Positions 9,179 to 18,619 are shown, numbered from the stretch's first letter. The stretch: DNA of 64,000 nucleotides from Steroidobacteraceae bacterium (GCA_035606175.1 DATNFW010000092.1:502-64501); one strand, 5' to 3'. The notes: generated from the letters alone by a model not told the origin. Translations and numbers: made by a program.

Positions 9179-10359
9179 GTCGAGCCTCCAAAGAGCAGCC
9201 GCGGTTCGAGCTCCTCGATCGAGCGGCAGCCGAGGTGGCCGAGCGTGCGGTCGATCTCGGCGGTCAGCAGCTCGAGCGCGCGCTCGGCGCCCGGCTGACC
9301 CGCGGCGATGAGGCCGAAGAGCGTTGGCCGGCCGATCATGACCGCATGCGCGCCGAGCGCAAGGGCCTTGATCACATCCGTGCCGCGACGGAAGCCGCTG
9401 TCGATGAGGATCGTCACCCGCTCGCCGACCGCCGCCGCGATCGCCGGGAGCACCTCGATCGGGGCGACGCAATAGTCGAGCTGCCGCCCGCCATGGTTGG
9501 TGAGTACGATTCCATCGCAGCCGCAATCCGCCGCGCGTTGCGCATCCTCGACGCTCAGCACCCCTTTCACGATGAGCTTGCCCGGCCAGAGCCGGCGCAG
9601 CCACGCGATGTCTTCCCAGCAGAGCGAGGGCTCGAAGAGCTTCGGGATGATCGTGCTGCCGCCAAGCGCGGAGGCCTCCCCCGGCGGTAAGTACTCGGCG
9701 AAGTTCTCGAAGCGCGGGACGCCGTGGCGGATGAGGACCTCGTACAGCCAGCGCGGATGGCGCGCGACGCTCAGCAGATTGCGCAGCGTGGGCTTGCCCG
9801 GGCTGCGGTAGTTGCGCTGGTCCCATTCCCGAGCGCCGAAGGTATTCGCATCCGTCGTGAATACGAGCGCCTCGTAGCCGGCAGCGGCCGCGCGCTCCAT
9901 GATGCGCTCGGCGATCGCGCGGTTCTTCATCACATAGAGCTGCATCCACAGCCGCCCGGGCGCCTCGGCCGCGACGCGCTCCAGGCGCACGGTCGAGACG
10001 GTGCTCAGACAGAAAGGGATGCCGAAACGCGCGGCCGCGCGGGCGAGGACGAGGTCGCCGAGCGGATAGGCGAGACCGTTGCCGCCGGTCGGGGCCATGA
10101 CGAGGGGTAGGGGGCTCTCGCGCCCGAAGAGCGTGATGCGCTGATGCCGCGCGCGCGTGTCGCAGAGCGTGCGCGGCACGAACCTGAGCGCCTCGAGCGC
10201 GGCGCGATTGTGGCGCAGTGTCGCCTCCTCCTCGGCGCCGCCCTCGACGTATTCGAAGATGAAGCTGGGGACCTTGCGGCGCGCGATCTCGCGCAGATCG
10301 CCGACGTTCTTTGCGCGCTTGATGTCCGAGCCGCGGAATGCGCGGCGTCTCCACGCCAT
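9175..10359 (-). CDS. FMN-dependent alpha-hydroxy acid dehydrogenase (L-lactate dehydrogenase / glycolate oxidase family)
   Basis: 394 aa. The N-terminal FEYVEGGAEEE..LRHNR.A block and the C-terminal VLTNHGGRQLD and ILIDSGFRRGTDVIKALALGA motifs are typical of the family. Confidence 0.85.
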   Translation of the reverse strand: MAWRRRAFRGSDIKRAKNVGDLREIARRKVPSFIFEYVEGGAEEEATLRHNRAALEALRFVPRTLCDTRARHQRITLFGRESPLPLVMAPTGGNGLAYPLGDLVLARAAARFGIPFCLSTVSTVRLERVAAEAPGRLWMQLYVMKNRAIAERIMERAAAAGYEALVFTTDANTFGAREWDQRNYRSPGKPTLRNLLSVARHPRWLYEVLIRHGVPRFENFAEYLPPGEASALGGSTIIPKLFEPSLCWEDIAWLRRLWPGKLIVKGVLSVEDAQRAADCGCDGIVLTNHGGRQLDYCVAPIEVLPAIAAAVGERVTILIDSGFRRGTDVIKALALGAHAVMIGRPTLFGLIAAGQPGAERALELLTAEIDRTLGHLGCRSIEELEPRLLFGGST

Positions 10360-10474
10360 CTCTTCAACCCCCCGTGACGGACTCGATGCGGTGCGAGAGG
10401 CTAGCAGTTTCCATTACACTCGAGCACTAAACAACTCGCGCGCCGAGTCGCGGGTTCGCTCGCGGAGAGTCTCC

Positions 10475-11338
10475 ATGAAGCTGCTGCGTTACGGACCGGT
10501 GGGTATGGAACAGCCGGGCCTCATCGATGCGAACGGAAGGATTCGCGCGCTCGCGATCCCCGTATCGGCCACCGGACGAGACGCGCTCGCGCCGGAGACG
10601 CTGCGCAAGCTCGCGGCGATCGATCCGGTATCGCTTCCGCTCGTCGAAGGCAATCCGCGAATCGGTGTGCCGGTCGCCGGCACGCGCAAGTTCGTCGCGA
10701 TCGGACTCAACTATGCGGATCACGCCGCGGAGACCGGCAGCCCCATCCCGAAGGAGCCCGTGGTCTTCCTCAAGGCCATCACCTGCCTCAATGGGCCCTA
10801 CGACGATGTGGTCTTGCCACGCGATTCCCGCAAGGCCGATTGGGAAGTCGAGCTCGGCGTCGTCATCGGCACGCGGGCGCGGTGCGTCGATGAGGCGCGC
10901 GCGCTCGAGCACGTCGCGGGATACACCGTCGTGAATGACGTGTCGGAGCGCGAATTCCAGCTCGAGCGCGGAGGGACCTGGGACAAGGGCAAGGGGTGCG
11001 ACACGTTCGGGCCGGTCGGCCCGTGGCTCGTCACGCGCGAGGAAATCCCCGACGTGCAGAATCTCGGCATGTGGCTCGAGGTCAACGGCCGGCGCATGCA
11101 GACCGGCAATACGCGCACGATGATCTTCGGGGTCGCGCAACTCGTGAGCTACGTGAGCCGGTTCATGACGCTCGAGCCCGCGGACATCATCACGACGGGA
11201 ACCCCGCCCGGGGTCGGTGCCGCGAAGAAGCCGCAGCCGATCTTCCTCAAACCCGGGGACACCATGCGGCTCGGCATCGATGGTCTCGGCGAGCAAACTC
11301 AAAAAATCGTCGCATGGCCCGGTGCGAGAGCGGAATGA
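10475..11338 (+). CDS. Fumarylacetoacetate hydrolase (FAH) family protein
   Basis: Starts at MKLLRYGP (ATG 10475). Motifs GLNYADHAAE, GKGCDTFGPVGPWLVT and IITTGTPPGVG are present. Confidence 0.85.
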   Translation: MKLLRYGPVGMEQPGLIDANGRIRALAIPVSATGRDALAPETLRKLAAIDPVSLPLVEGNPRIGVPVAGTRKFVAIGLNYADHAAETGSPIPKEPVVFLKAITCLNGPYDDVVLPRDSRKADWEVELGVVIGTRARCVDEARALEHVAGYTVVNDVSEREFQLERGGTWDKGKGCDTFGPVGPWLVTREEIPDVQNLGMWLEVNGRRMQTGNTRTMIFGVAQLVSYVSRFMTLEPADIITTGTPPGVGAAKKPQPIFLKPGDTMRLGIDGLGEQTQKIVAWPGARAE

Positions 11339-13431
11339 GTCGCCCCGCCGTTGTGGTGATCGCGTGGGGCGCGCTTGCGATCCTCGCGATATCTCGCAGC
11401 ACGTGGGCGCAGGTGCCTGCGGCTAGCGCTTCCCCCGCCGCGGCGGAGCATCCGTACACCACGCTTCCCTATTCTCCGAGCCTCGACCCCTCCGCCATGG
11501 ATCGCTCCGTCGATCCCTGCGATGACCTCTATACCTATGCCTGCGGAACCTGGGAAAAGACGAACCCCATTCCCGCCGATCAGTCGAGCTGGAGCGTGTA
11601 CGGCAAGCTCACGATCGACGTGCGCCGCTATCTCTGGGGCATCCTCGAGGAGCTCGCCCGGCCGGCCGCGACCCGCACTCCCGACCAGCAGAAGCTCGGC
11701 GACTACTTCGCGGCGTGCATGAACGTCGCAGCGATCGAGCGGGCCGGGATCGCGCCGATCCGCGCCGATCTCGCGCGCATCGACGCATTGCGCGACAAGC
11801 AGGCGATCGGGGCGCTCGTCGGGAGCCTGCAAACGCGTTATGGCAGCGGCGGCATGCTCTTCGGGAGCGATGTCGAGCAGGACGCGCGCGATGCGACGCG
11901 GGTCATCGCCGCGGTCGATGCGGGGGGCTTGGGCCTGCCGGATCGCGATTACTACCTTTCAACCGACGCAAAGAGTGTCGAGATCCGCAAGCAGTACGCG
12001 GGGCACATCGCGCGGATGCTGCAGCTGCTCGGGGAGTCGAGCGCAGCAGCGCGTACTGATGCGGCGACCGTCCTGAGTATCGAGACTGCGCTTGCCCGCG
12101 CGACCCTCTCGCGAGTGGACGAGCGCGATCCATACAAGGTGTATCACCGGAGCACACTCGCCACGCTCGAGGGTCTGGCACCGGAGCTCGACTGGAAGGG
12201 CTACTTCGATGCGACGGGGCTCATCGTGCGGCCCTGGATCAATGTCTCCGAGCCCGCCTTCGCGCGCGAGCTCGATGCGCTCGTGCGCCGCGAGAGCCTC
12301 GCGAACCTCAAGACCTATCTGCGCTGGACGCTCATCGATGCGGCGGCTCCGGCGCTCTCATCCGCGTTCGTCACCGAGGATTTCGCGTTCAACCATGCGG
12401 TCCTCCTCGGTGCGAAAGCCGACCGACCGCGCTGGCAGAAATGCGTCGCCTGGGTCGACCGGGATCTCGGCGAGGCGCTCGGGCGCGAGTTCGTCGAGCG
12501 CAACTTCTCCGCCTCGACCCGCGCGCGGGTCGAGCGGATGACGCGTCAGATCGAGCATGCGATGCGCGAGCGTATCGAGAAGCTCGATTGGATGAGCCCA
12601 GAGACCAAGGCGCATGCGCTCGTCAAGCTCGATGCCGTGCGCAACAAGATCGGCTACCCGCGGCATTGGCGCGACTACTCGACGCTCATCGTTCAGTCGG
12701 GCGATTTCTTCGGAAACGTTCAGCGCGCCGCGAGCTTCGAGGCGCATCGCGAGGCCGCGAAGATCGGGCTGCCGGTCGATCGGGACGCGTGGCAGATTAC
12801 CCCGGCGACCGTGAACGCCTACTACGACGCGCAGCTCAACGATATCAACTTCCCCGCGGCCGTGCTGATTCCGCCGCTGTTCGACCCGCGGCTCGATGCC
12901 GCGCCGAACTACGGGGATACGGGTGGCACCATCGGTCACGAGCTCACGCACGGTTTCGACGATCAGGGGCGGCAGTTCGATGCGCATGGGAATCTGCGCA
13001 ACTGGTGGACGGCTCGGGATGCACGACAGTTCGAGACGCGCGCGCAGTGCCTGCGCGATCAATACGCCGGCTACACCATCGTCGATGACATCAGGATCAA
13101 CAGCAAGCTCACCGCCGGCGAGGACATCGCCGATCTCGGTGGGGAGCTGCTCGCGTGGATGGCGTGGCAGGAGGAGACACGCGGCAAGCCACAGCCGATG
13201 CGCGACGGGCTTACACCCGAGCAGCGCTTCTTCGTCGGTTTCGCGCAGTGGGCCTGTACGAATGAGCGGCCCGAGCGGCTGCGCGCGAACGCGCTCGTCG
13301 ATCCGCATTCCCCGCCACGGTTTCGCATCAACGGCGTCGTCGTGAACATGCCCCAGTTCGCACGGGCTTTCCATTGCAAAGCCGGGCAACCGCTCGTGAA
13401 GCCGCCCGAGAAGGTCTGCAAGATCTGGTGA
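11335..13431 (+). CDS. M13 family zinc metallopeptidase (PepO / endothelin-converting-enzyme-like), secreted
   Basis: Starts at MSRPAVVVIAWGALAILA (signal peptide), with the ATG overlapping the FAH stop as ATGA. HELTHGFD zinc motif and a GEDIADLGG block are present. Confidence 0.85.
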   Translation: MSRPAVVVIAWGALAILAISRSTWAQVPAASASPAAAEHPYTTLPYSPSLDPSAMDRSVDPCDDLYTYACGTWEKTNPIPADQSSWSVYGKLTIDVRRYLWGILEELARPAATRTPDQQKLGDYFAACMNVAAIERAGIAPIRADLARIDALRDKQAIGALVGSLQTRYGSGGMLFGSDVEQDARDATRVIAAVDAGGLGLPDRDYYLSTDAKSVEIRKQYAGHIARMLQLLGESSAAARTDAATVLSIETALARATLSRVDERDPYKVYHRSTLATLEGLAPELDWKGYFDATGLIVRPWINVSEPAFARELDALVRRESLANLKTYLRWTLIDAAAPALSSAFVTEDFAFNHAVLLGAKADRPRWQKCVAWVDRDLGEALGREFVERNFSASTRARVERMTRQIEHAMRERIEKLDWMSPETKAHALVKLDAVRNKIGYPRHWRDYSTLIVQSGDFFGNVQRAASFEAHREAAKIGLPVDRDAWQITPATVNAYYDAQLNDINFPAAVLIPPLFDPRLDAAPNYGDTGGTIGHELTHGFDDQGRQFDAHGNLRNWWTARDARQFETRAQCLRDQYAGYTIVDDIRINSKLTAGEDIADLGGELLAWMAWQEETRGKPQPMRDGLTPEQRFFVGFAQWACTNERPERLRANALVDPHSPPRFRINGVVVNMPQFARAFHCKAGQPLVKPPEKVCKIW

Positions 13432-13482
13432 GCGGCGCAGTTTGCGGGCTGGCGGTGGCAGCGCGGCGCGGCGCGTTGCGCC

Positions 13483-13522
13483 ACGGCGCTACGGCGCTAC
13501 GGCGCTACGGCGCTACGGCGTT
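13483..13522. repeat. Octanucleotide tandem repeat ACGGCGCT x4 plus one degenerate copy (ACGGCGTT)
   Basis: Read directly from the sequence. It lies in the 95-nt gap between two convergent genes. Confidence 0.9.
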
Positions 13523-13526
13523 GGTG

Positions 13527-14084
13527 TCACCACGGCGCGGGAGCGCCCTCCGGGAGCGGCGTGCGTGCTGCGTTCATGACGAGCGCGAGCAGGCCGTAGT
13601 AGCCGCAGATCCCGCAGAGGTCCACGACTCCCCGCTCGCCGAGCAGAGCGAGCGCGGCCGCGTACTTCGCATCGTCCACCTCGTGACGGGTATGCAGCTC
13701 GCTGCAGAAGTCGTGCACGACCGCCTCGTCATCGCCGAAGCTCTGCGGCCGCCGCCCTGCGGCGATCTCAGCGATGCTGGTCGGCGCGAGTCCGGCACTC
13801 TCGGCGGCCGGGGCGTGCACGTGCCACTCGTATGCCTGCCGGAAATGTCGTGCCGTCACGAGAATCGCGAGCTCGCGCAGGCGCGCGGGCACGGCGCTGT
13901 CGTAGCGGAGGTACTCTCCCAGCCGCTGCGCTCGATCGAGCAGCTCCGGGCTGCGCAGCAGTGGCACGAACGGTCCGAACAGCGCGCCACGGCGGCCACG
14001 CACCAGTGCGTCGGCGGCGTCGCGTTGCGCCGGCGTCATCGTCTCGGGGGGCATCGGCGGCAGGCGGTCGGCGCTTCGTGACAT
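13527..14084 (-). CDS. Carboxymuconolactone decarboxylase / AhpD-like family protein
   Basis: Starts at MSRSADRLPP (ATG 14084). Family-level resemblance only: LAILVTARHFRQAYEWHVH and a helical CMD-type repeat. Confidence 0.65.
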   Translation of the reverse strand: MSRSADRLPPMPPETMTPAQRDAADALVRGRRGALFGPFVPLLRSPELLDRAQRLGEYLRYDSAVPARLRELAILVTARHFRQAYEWHVHAPAAESAGLAPTSIAEIAAGRRPQSFGDDEAVVHDFCSELHTRHEVDDAKYAAALALLGERGVVDLCGICGYYGLLALVMNAARTPLPEGAPAPW

Positions 14085-14353
14085 GGCGGGGAGTCTACCG
14101 GAAGCGTCGCTTGACGCCGCCGCCGCCGCGTGCCGCCACTGGGCGCCGGCGGGTATGGCGCATACGCCGGGGAAGGCCAGTTCGGCGGCGCCTATGGCAG
14201 CCGCCACGAGCCGGCACTGCCGAGCGGCTCCCGGCGGCGGCCTCGGAAGGACCGCGCAGGTCGTTGATGGATCAACAGCTCTGACTGGAGTATGTTGAAG
14301 GCGCGTCCGCGGTGCGCGAGCGTCGTGCCGGGTACTCAGGGGGAATTTCGCGC

Positions 14354-14830
14354 ATGTTCAAGTCCTTCCGCTTCCGTGCGGCGCTTGCCGCGGCGATCGT
14401 CTCGGGCGCTTCGGGAACCTTCATCGCCCCGATCGTCGCTGCGCATCATTCGGTCGGCGGAGAGTTCGACCAGCACAAGAAGCTCACGCTGAACGGCGTC
14501 GTCTCGCAAGTCGAGTGGGCGAATCCGCACATTTACGTGCACTTCGCCGTCAAGGAGCCGAGCGGCGCGGTCGCTGACTGGCGGCTCGAGACCGTTCCGG
14601 TCGCCATGATGCGCAAGGCGGGCCTCACGAAGGCGCTGCTGCTCGCCAACGCGGAGAACGCGACTGTCGATATCTATCCGGCCCGAGACGGTACGCCGCA
14701 TCTCGGATATCTGCTCAAGATCACGTACGCGGACGGACACCACTATCAATTCGGGGCGGATACGCCGGCTCGCCCGCCAGGAGCACCGCAACGGGCGCCG
14801 TCGTCCGATCCCGCGAGGTCATCGCCATGA
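14354..14830 (+). CDS. Small secreted protein, DUF6152-like
   Basis: Starts at MFKSFRFRAALAAA (signal peptide). The mature N-terminus HHSVGGEFD...LTLNGVVSQVEWANPHIYVHF matches my recollection of the DUF6152 pattern. Confidence 0.6.
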   Translation: MFKSFRFRAALAAAIVSGASGTFIAPIVAAHHSVGGEFDQHKKLTLNGVVSQVEWANPHIYVHFAVKEPSGAVADWRLETVPVAMMRKAGLTKALLLANAENATVDIYPARDGTPHLGYLLKITYADGHHYQFGADTPARPPGAPQRAPSSDPARSSP

Positions 14831-15687
14831 ATTCGCGCGTTGCTCCGAGGGCGCTCGGACGCCGCGGCGCGGCATCGTGCGCCGCACTCGCGCTCACCGC
14901 GGCCGCGACACTGATCTGGACGGTCGTCGCAGTCGCGGCGGCCCCACCACAGCAGGATGTGCCGCGCCTTGCCGATGGACATCCCGATCTCAACGGGACC
15001 TGGGACAACGGCTCCGGCATCGACTTCCTGCATCCGGAGCAGCTGCCCGGCGGGTCGGTGTGCGTTGCCGGGTGCGATCCGCCGCCGGCCCCCGCGCCAC
15101 GCCGCACCGCTGCGCGCGCACGCCCTGCGCCGAACTTTCCTCATTATCGGCCGCAGTTCCTGGCGAAGGTGAAGTACCTGAACGATCATCAGCTGAAGAT
15201 GGACGGTGTGCTGCACTGCCGCTCACCCGGTGTGCCGCGCATCGGACCGCCGGACAAGATCGTCGAGCGACCGGGACAGATCGTTTTCCTGTATGACGAC
15301 GTGTCGGGGTCGTTCTGGCGCATCATACCGACGGATGGTCGGCCGCATCGCACTGACGTGGAGAGCAGCACGCTCGGAGACGGCGTCGGACACTGGGAGG
15401 GCGACACGCTCGTCGTGGACGATACGAATTTCAGCGACGACACCTGGCTCACGGACAATGGCGCGTTCCACACGAGCAAAATGCACGTGGTCGAGCGGCT
15501 GCGCCGGGCGGGGGGCACGCTCGAGTGGCAGGCGACGGTCTATGACCCGACGGTCCTGCTCGAGCCCTGGAAGACCAATTTGCGCATCGCCAAGCTCACC
15601 ACCGATGAGCTCGCCGAGCCGACCCCATGCGTGGACCACGACATCTCGCATGAGGTGGACAACACGCACCACGACAATCCGCGCTGA
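14827..15687 (+). CDS. Secreted hypothetical protein, partner of the DUF6152-like gene
   Basis: The ATG overlaps the upstream stop as ATGA. It has a signal peptide, a PDLNGTWD motif and a GHWEGDTLVVDDTNF block. I recognise no characterised family. Confidence 0.6.
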   Translation: MNSRVAPRALGRRGAASCAALALTAAATLIWTVVAVAAAPPQQDVPRLADGHPDLNGTWDNGSGIDFLHPEQLPGGSVCVAGCDPPPAPAPRRTAARARPAPNFPHYRPQFLAKVKYLNDHQLKMDGVLHCRSPGVPRIGPPDKIVERPGQIVFLYDDVSGSFWRIIPTDGRPHRTDVESSTLGDGVGHWEGDTLVVDDTNFSDDTWLTDNGAFHTSKMHVVERLRRAGGTLEWQATVYDPTVLLEPWKTNLRIAKLTTDELAEPTPCVDHDISHEVDNTHHDNPR

Positions 15688-15705
15688 GCTTCGACGTGCT
15701 GTGCC

Positions 15706-17109
15706 TCAGGCCGAAGTGCCCGCTGTCCGAGGAGACAGCAGCGACTCCAGGGTGCGGGCGATCGCGAGCAGCTTGGCATCCTCGCCGTGCTCTCCCATCA
15801 GCATGAGCCCAACGGGCGCCTCGCCGGTGCGGTGCACCGGAATCGAGATTGCGCAGCGATCGAGGAAGTTCGCGATCGCCGCATTGCGCAGCGCGAGCGC
15901 GTTCGCGCGAAAGTAGGCCGCGTCCTCCTCGAGCTCGCGCAGCACCGGGGCAATACAGGGGACCGTAGGCATCATGACCGCATCGAAGGTCGTCGTAAGC
16001 GCGCGCGCCGTGCGGATCAGCTCCGCCCGCGCGGCAAGCAAACGTAGATAGTCGACGGCGGTCTGTTCCCGTCCCTTTGCGATCCGGGTTGCGACGCGCG
16101 GATCGAATTCGGCCTCGTGCGAGTCGAGCAGCTCGCCGAACTCGGCATAACATTCGGCAGCGCTGAAGCCACCCTTCGCGTGGATCGCAGGCAGGCGCGA
16201 GAGCTCAGGAAAGGGTGCGCTCGTGATCGCGGCACCTGCCTGCGCGAGGGCGCTCGAGCAGCGCTCGAATGCGGCCGCGACCTGCGCATCGAGATCGTCG
16301 AGGACGTAATTGCGGGGAACGAGCAGCCGCAGCCCCTTGAGCGGAAACAGGTGGCAGGCGGGCGCCGTGGCGGCTTTCGCAATCCGCTCGCCGAGCAGCG
16401 CCGCGCCGGAGAGTACCGCGTCGAGCACGACGCAGTCCGCGACGTTTCGCACGAGCGGTCCGACCGAGTCGAGCGTGATGGAAAGCGGGGTGACTCCCTC
16501 GCGCGACACCCGGTTTGCCGTCGGTTTGAACCCCACGATGCCGGTGAAGGCTGCCGGGACGCGGCACGAGCCTCCCGTATCGGTTCCGATGGCCGCTGCG
16601 GCCATACCGTCCGTGACGGAGACGGCTGCGCCGGAGGAGGAGCCGCCGGGTATGCGTCCCCGCGATCGATCGAATGGATTGAGCGGCGTGCCGTAATGCG
16701 GATTCAAGCCGAGACCGGAGTAGGCGAGCTCGGTCATGTTCGTGCGGCCGATAACAATGAGGCCGGACGCGCGCAGGCGCGCCACGACGGCGGCGTCGCG
16801 CTCGGCCGGCGGCCGCGAGCGCAGGACTTTGGAGCCTGCCGAGGTAATGCTGCCCGCCACATCGAAGAGGTCCTTCACCGAGACGGGGATACCGGCGAGG
16901 GGCGGGAGCGGTGCTCCGCTCGCGCGCAGTGCATCGACCGCATCGGCCTCGGCGCGGGCCTGCCTCGCATAGACTTCGAGGAAGGTCGCTCGGCCCTGAC
17001 CGCTCGGGTCCTCGATGCGTTGCAGGCAGCGATCGATGAGATCGCGAGCGCGCACACGTCCGCTCGCGAGCTCACCCATCGATCCGCACACATCGAGCAT
17101 GGCCCGCAT
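15706..17109 (-). CDS. Amidase (amidase-signature family)
   Basis: 467 aa. Contains the GGSSSGAAVSV signature and a conserved GTDTGGSCRVPAAF block. Confidence 0.85.
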   Translation of the reverse strand: MRAMLDVCGSMGELASGRVRARDLIDRCLQRIEDPSGQGRATFLEVYARQARAEADAVDALRASGAPLPPLAGIPVSVKDLFDVAGSITSAGSKVLRSRPPAERDAAVVARLRASGLIVIGRTNMTELAYSGLGLNPHYGTPLNPFDRSRGRIPGGSSSGAAVSVTDGMAAAAIGTDTGGSCRVPAAFTGIVGFKPTANRVSREGVTPLSITLDSVGPLVRNVADCVVLDAVLSGAALLGERIAKAATAPACHLFPLKGLRLLVPRNYVLDDLDAQVAAAFERCSSALAQAGAAITSAPFPELSRLPAIHAKGGFSAAECYAEFGELLDSHEAEFDPRVATRIAKGREQTAVDYLRLLAARAELIRTARALTTTFDAVMMPTVPCIAPVLRELEEDAAYFRANALALRNAAIANFLDRCAISIPVHRTGEAPVGLMLMGEHGEDAKLLAIARTLESLLSPRTAGTSA

Positions 17110-17157
17110 GGTACGCGCCGGCGCGGCCGGCGGGCGAGCGCCTGCCGAGGTTGGCGA

Positions 17158-18306
17158 TCAGAACTTGAAGACCCCCTGAACCGCGAGCTGCGACAGACTG
17201 TCTCCGTCCGGGGTGAGTGCGGCAACCGCGGATCTGCTCCGGAAGAAGGTGTCGGTCTGCGCGGAGTCGTAGCGGCCTTCGAGGCGCAGCTCGAAACTGC
17301 TCGTCGGCGCGTAGCCGAACGTCACCGTGCCATCCCAGAGGTGCTGCCCGTCCACCGCGCCCGTCGCGAAGCCATTCTTGTCATCGAGATATTCCAGCCG
17401 CCCGGAGATGCGCCACTTGGAGTTGAATGCGTAATTCGCATACCCCGCCGCCCCGTACCACGTCGCACTCCCCGTCCCGACTCCGGATGCCTCGTCCTGC
17501 TTGTCCCAGTCGATATTCAAGACGAGCGTGAGGGAAGAGGTCGCGTTGAAGGTCGCGACCACGTCCACCAGCGACCTTTCGGCATCGTACGGCAGCATCT
17601 TCCCGAAATAGGCCTGGGTCGCAAGCGAGAACTTCTTGTTCGGCGTCCAGCCGATACCCACCTCTGCCGTCTTCGAGCCGTAGCTCGTCGACATGACGTT
17701 CCATCCGTTGTTCACGCCGGCGATGAAGTTGAGCGTATCCGTCACGGCGTAAGTTGCGCGGACGCCGGTGTGGGTGAGCGGCTCGTTGTCGAAGAAAAGC
17801 AGAGAGCGCGAGAAGTTCGTGTTCAGTGTCGGATTGATGACTTCCGCACCTGCGAGGGTCAGAAGCTTGCCGGCTGCCAGGACGAGCGGCCCGGTCGCGT
17901 ATTGAAGGTATGCTTGCCGGATATCGAATACGCCGCTGCCATTCTCGGCCGCATTCAGGACTTTCGCGTCCTCTCCCGCAATGACATCGACGAGGGCCCC
18001 GAACCCTTGCTTGGGTTGATAGGCGACGCTGATCCCCGTTTCATCGAGCTGAAACGTATCGTGATGGAGATCGAACTGATGGATGTTGAACGGGTAGCCG
18101 TTCGAGTGGTAGTACGAGGCGGCGATGTAGCCGTTCGCGCTGATGCCCCAGGCGGCGAGCGTGTCGGCCCAGCTCGCGCCCGCCGGCTTGCCTGCGCCGG
18201 AATCGGCCGCAAGCACCGGACGCGGCGCGATGACGGTGAGCGCGATCGTGGCGAGCGCGCTGACGGCAAGCGCGCTGACTGAAATGGACCTCGGTTTGAT
18301 TGACAT
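17158..18306 (-). CDS. Outer-membrane beta-barrel porin (OmpL-like / porin-2 type)
   Basis: Signal peptide ending in AAD, alternating beta-strand pattern throughout, and a C-terminal ...GVFKF aromatic end. Confidence 0.7.
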   Translation of the reverse strand: MSIKPRSISVSALAVSALATIALTVIAPRPVLAADSGAGKPAGASWADTLAAWGISANGYIAASYYHSNGYPFNIHQFDLHHDTFQLDETGISVAYQPKQGFGALVDVIAGEDAKVLNAAENGSGVFDIRQAYLQYATGPLVLAAGKLLTLAGAEVINPTLNTNFSRSLLFFDNEPLTHTGVRATYAVTDTLNFIAGVNNGWNVMSTSYGSKTAEVGIGWTPNKKFSLATQAYFGKMLPYDAERSLVDVVATFNATSSLTLVLNIDWDKQDEASGVGTGSATWYGAAGYANYAFNSKWRISGRLEYLDDKNGFATGAVDGQHLWDGTVTFGYAPTSSFELRLEGRYDSAQTDTFFRSRSAVAALTPDGDSLSQLAVQGVFKF

Positions 18307-18619
18307 AGCGACGGCGATCCTCGTTCTCGAGCGAGTGCGACTCCCCGGGCGGTATTCCCGGCCCCGGTCGCAGAGTGCAACGGCTGTGCCAAAGCAATTT
18401 TCTCGAGTAGCCGCGCCGGCTTACTCAAATTGCGCGGCGCCGTGCGCCGAGATACGCACCAGTTGAGGTCGGCTGCGAGGGCCGCTGTCACATGCTGGTG
18501 CAGAGCGCAGGGAGTGGGCGCAGGATGCTGCGGCGGCGCCTGGGCCCATCGTTTGCGACGGCGCGCGCGGAGAGCGGACATTTGCAACCGAAGAGTCGTC
18601 GATTCGAGGAGGCAGCGAC

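Noticed and set aside
7733-10354. An 873-aa ORF suggesting a large fusion protein ending in an amino acid permease
   Set aside because: Its N-terminal ~390 aa are an Arg/Pro-rich alternative-frame reading of the FMN dehydrogenase gene. A proper permease N-terminus (MTEPPALH..) begins at 9178, overlapping the dehydrogenase stop.
13483-13522. CRISPR-like repeat array
   Set aside because: The units are 8 nt and directly abutting with no spacers, and no cas genes are present. It is a microsatellite.
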